NCBI GenBank assembly: GCA_905178155.1
Contig: CAJINV010000002.1
Span: forward strand, 10,828,634-10,892,633
Length of the DNA stretch: 64,000 nt
Source: Amoebophrya sp. A120
Lineage: Eukaryota; Protista; Dinoflagellata
Direction of reading: 5' to 3'
Part shown: positions 60,654-64,000 of the stretch, piece after piece
How positions within the stretch are numbered: the stretch's first letter is position 1
How the letters are laid out: every line of letters starts with the position of its first letter
Notes under the pieces: model-generated
The model's input: only the letters and a program-made list of their open reading frames with translations
Database searches by the model: none
Told to the model about the DNA's origin: nothing
Made by a program: the position numbers and the translations under genes

Positions 60654-63600
60654 GTGATCTTTCAGAAAGTTTTTCATACACAAGTGGTGATGCGGAGAAA
60701 CAGGCCGGGAAGCTTGTCCAGTGGCAGCTCGAGGCCGCGCACCCAGCTTGCCGAGATGCACTACAACGTTCGGGGAATGAGCTTGAGCAGAAGTTTTGCA
60801 GTGCAAGACGTAGACCTGGTGTACTCCTGTTCCACTTCGTCAACAGTCGGCCATGCTACAGCAGGAAAGACCGCCCGGAGAAATAATGCGACCAGAAACA
60901 CCAGGCGGCCAGCGCCCGGCATTCGCAGGACATTCGCTGCAACTGCAGTTGGCTTCTCCGCCACCTCGGAGCCTAGTTTTTTCGTGCACGCAAACAAGTC
61001 GTCGTGGTGCCACGGCGAGCAGCGGGAGGCCAAGAAGTGCGAGGAGAAAACGTGCCCCGGCAAGGACGACTGTCGCGACTGCGAGTGGGGTAAGTGGGGA
61101 CCATGGGAGCCCAAGGTCTGTCCCTGCAACGGGCTCCAGGAGCGACACCGAGAGATTTCCACCCACAACAATTTCTGCGGAAAGGCTTGCGAGGGTGTGA
61201 AAACAGAAACCAGGTCCTGCGGGGTGCCCACGTGTGTGCCGGATCCCGTGGACTGCGTTTTCACCAAGTGGTCCGCGTGGAGCGAATGCGACGCACTGTG
61301 CGACGGGGGCACGGAGAAGCGGACGCGGGAAATCTTGTCCCCGGCGAAGAACGGGGGAAAAGTGTGCGCCGGGCATTTGGAGGAGCAGCGCCCGTGTAAC
61401 GCGTTCCCCTGTCATCCAAAGATCGGTATTCGGATAAACAGCTTTTCTCTTTGGCATATCTACAAGATCTCGCGGTGAACAACACATACCGCATGGCTAA
61501 ACGCAAAAGCAAAACCGGTCATGAGAGTGGCACTCACAGTACGAGTACCGGTAGAGCCACAAAACCAACACAGATTGCAAGCTGACGGATTGGAGTTCAT
61601 GGTCGGAGTGCACGAACACCTGCGGTGGCGGTCAAAAGGAGCGCGTTCGTCATGTGGACGTGCCGCCAATGTACGGCGGAAAGCCGTGCGACGGCGACTT
61701 GATAGAGGTCACCGGCTGCAACACGGATTCGTGCGACAAGGGAGTAGACTGCGTCTGGGATGAGTGGGAAAAGTGGTCCAGTTGCAGCGCGACCTGTGGG
61801 GGCGGAGAGCACATGCGCGAAAGACTGATTAAGGTTTGATTTCTTGAACTCCTTGAATGTGAAAGACCTGAAGAATCAATGTGAATGTGAAAGGTAAAAA
61901 TAATGCAGCTGAATGTGAATTGGAATTGCTTTCGGTCCTCCACCTATTGGAGCTGCAGTAGGATCATCTGCTACGGTGTAGCATCTTCAGTAGTTCTTGG
62001 AGCATACAAAAATGAACAGGTAGCCCCGCGGTACGGGGGAAAGCTGTGCTCACCACACGATATGACACAAATAGAGGCGTGCAATCAGCAACCCTGTCAC
62101 AAGCCCGTGGACTGCATCATGGGGGAGTGGGGCAAGTGGGCCAGCTGTAGTGCCACCTGCAACGGGGTGCGGGAGCGTGACCGCGTGGTGAAACAGTACC
62201 CGGATCACAACGGAAAACCGTGCGCCGGAGAGCTCCGCGAGGTGAAACCATGTAACCTGGAGGACTGCCACAAGGACGACTTTGTGCCGAAGGAGCCGAT
62301 CGAGTGCAAGATAGGGGCCTGGGGCAACTGGACCGAGTGCTCCGTCACGTGCGGGGGCGGCTACAAAGAGAAACACCGCCAAGTCGTGCAGCTGCCCTTG
62401 CACGGCGGGGAGGGCTGCGAAGGTGAGATGTGGTTCTACACTTCTTTTTGGCGACGGGTATCTCCAGAGCGCTTCGCTAGGCTTGCAGCCTTTGGAAAAA
62501 GGAAGCGCTTTGTCTTCTTTTACTAGATATAGATTTGAGTAGAATAAACCACGTCGATATAATTTTGGATGACGAAATTCAGGCGCACTGAAGCTGATCG
62601 AGCCGTGTGCCCAAGAAGAATGCAAGCCTGAACACGTACTCCACCCGGTAGACTGCAAATGGTCCGATTGGGAAGCTTGGTCCGGGTGCTCCAGGAGTTG
62701 TGGCGGTGGCGAGAAGACGAGGCAGCGACAGGTTTTGACCATGCCAAATCGCATTGGCACACCTTGTGCTGCGAAGGATAACATGGAGGTAGCCAGCTGC
62801 AATGAAGACCCGTGTGACGCTGTGGATTGTACTGCTATTTTTGGCTTGTCATCCTGATGGAAACAACAATAACGGCATCGATCGACAACGCGGGTCAGCC
62901 ACAGCCTACTTGTGTGGAATTTCGCGTGCTGGGAAAAAACAAAAAGGACAGAAAATCAATTCAACTTACAGGCGTCTGGGGCCAGTGGTCCGGCTGGGGC
63001 GCGTGCACGTGTACAGGCTTAGAAGAGCGGCACCGAGTTATTCAAAAACACGCCACGCAAGGAGGCCACCCGTGCGACGGCGCGAAGATTGAGACCAGAG
63101 CATGTGCCGTTTGTTTAGTTTTTTCGTTGTGCGCACTTCCCTTTGTTCCTTGACGTCGATTTCAATAGAAAGCTCATTTGTTCCGCACGTCGTAAAAATC
63201 ATAATCAATGCAAATTCAACAACCTCCAAAACAGGCCACCCCGACTGCGAGCATCCCCCCCAAGACTGTCTGCTTGGAGACTGGGAGTCCTGGGGGCAGT
63301 GCTCCGCGAGCTGCGGCGGCGGCCAGACCATCCGGCAGCGACATATCTTGCAAAAGTCAAACTACGGTGGCAAGGGTTGTGCGGGGGAGCTGAAGGAAAT
63401 CTCGGACTGCAACGTAGACAAGTGTCCCACCGACCCGGAGCCGGTGGACTGCAAGCTTGACGAGTGGTCCAACTGGTCCGCGTGCTCCGCCGAATGCAAC
63501 GGCGGGCAAAAGTTTCGCCACCGTGAAGTTTTAACGCAGGGGAGGCACGGGGGGAAGACCTGCACGGACGAGATGGTGTTGGCCGAGACGGCTTCTTGCA

Positions 63601-64000
63601 ACACGCAAACGTGCGATGACAAGAAGGACTGCCAATGGGGCGAGTGGAGCAAGTGGGGCGACTGCAGTCGGACTTGCGGTTCGGGCCAGAAGGAGCGAAC
63701 GCGCGAGGTGCTGCAATCTCCGCGGTACGGCGGCGAAATGTGCCCGCCGAAGGTCACATCGGAAGTGGCGCCCTGTACTTCTGATAGCTAGAATTTCGCG
63801 AGAGGTGCTTCTAGTTTTAGCTGCTGAAAGATATCAGATTGCGTCGCACTATCACACATAGCAATCAGCTATTGGATAATTAGGGTTTTATGCCGTCTTC
63901 TTCCAGTCTGATCATGGAGGTGCGGAAAAGAAAAAGCGAGTTCATCACATGAGGAAAGATAAGCAACACTGCAGGCAACACGCAAGAGTGCCCCGGCGCA
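60654..64000 (+). CDS. TSR protein paralogue C (start uncertain, 3' end beyond the window)
   Basis: Exons ?-61425, 61574-61833, 62020-62422, 62583-62828, 62972-63103, 63235-63774, 63975->64000, all GT-AG and in frame. N-terminal half repeat plus TSRs 1-11, collinear with A and B. Confidence 0.85.

Noticed and set aside
47446-64000. TSR region as pseudogene fragments or one giant gene
   Set aside because: The fragments join in frame through introns, and A and B each have their own start, TM segment and stop.
1-64000. rRNA, tRNA or transposase/reverse-transcriptase genes
   Set aside because: None recognisable by eye; an Infernal/tRNAscan or HMM search would be needed to exclude small or divergent ones.

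Overview
Eukaryotic nuclear DNA, most likely from an alveolate such as a syndinian dinoflagellate like Amoebophrya. This taxon call is inferred from gene co-orientation, repeat-flanked non-canonical introns and TSR adhesins; it is not proven. All confidently called genes lie on the + strand, use the standard code and mostly have short GT-AG introns. In order they encode: a C2H2/AT-hook/SAM/FHA protein, an F-box + propeller + RING protein, a Mei2-like RRM protein, an XRN-family exoribonuclease, a PQBP1-like WW+KH protein, a ~3600-aa CAMK-like kinase, a small twin-CX9C protein, RFT1, ER HSP90 (GRP94), and a tandem array of three thrombospondin-type-1-repeat (TSR) genes (the first two complete type I membrane proteins, the third running off the window). 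Three observations stand out. (1) The TSR proteins begin with the C-terminal half of a TSR and end their ectodomain with the complementary N-terminal half, suggesting strand complementation into disulfide-locked rings or polymers. (2) Two non-canonical introns are TAT...ATA terminal-inverted-repeat elements with 5-bp direct repeats (introner-like). (3) The paralogues show rapid intron turnover with a probable 2-nt intron slide, and many canonical introns have A-rich rather than pyrimidine-rich 3' ends. Exon structures were reconstructed by eye from frame continuity and need RNA confirmation.
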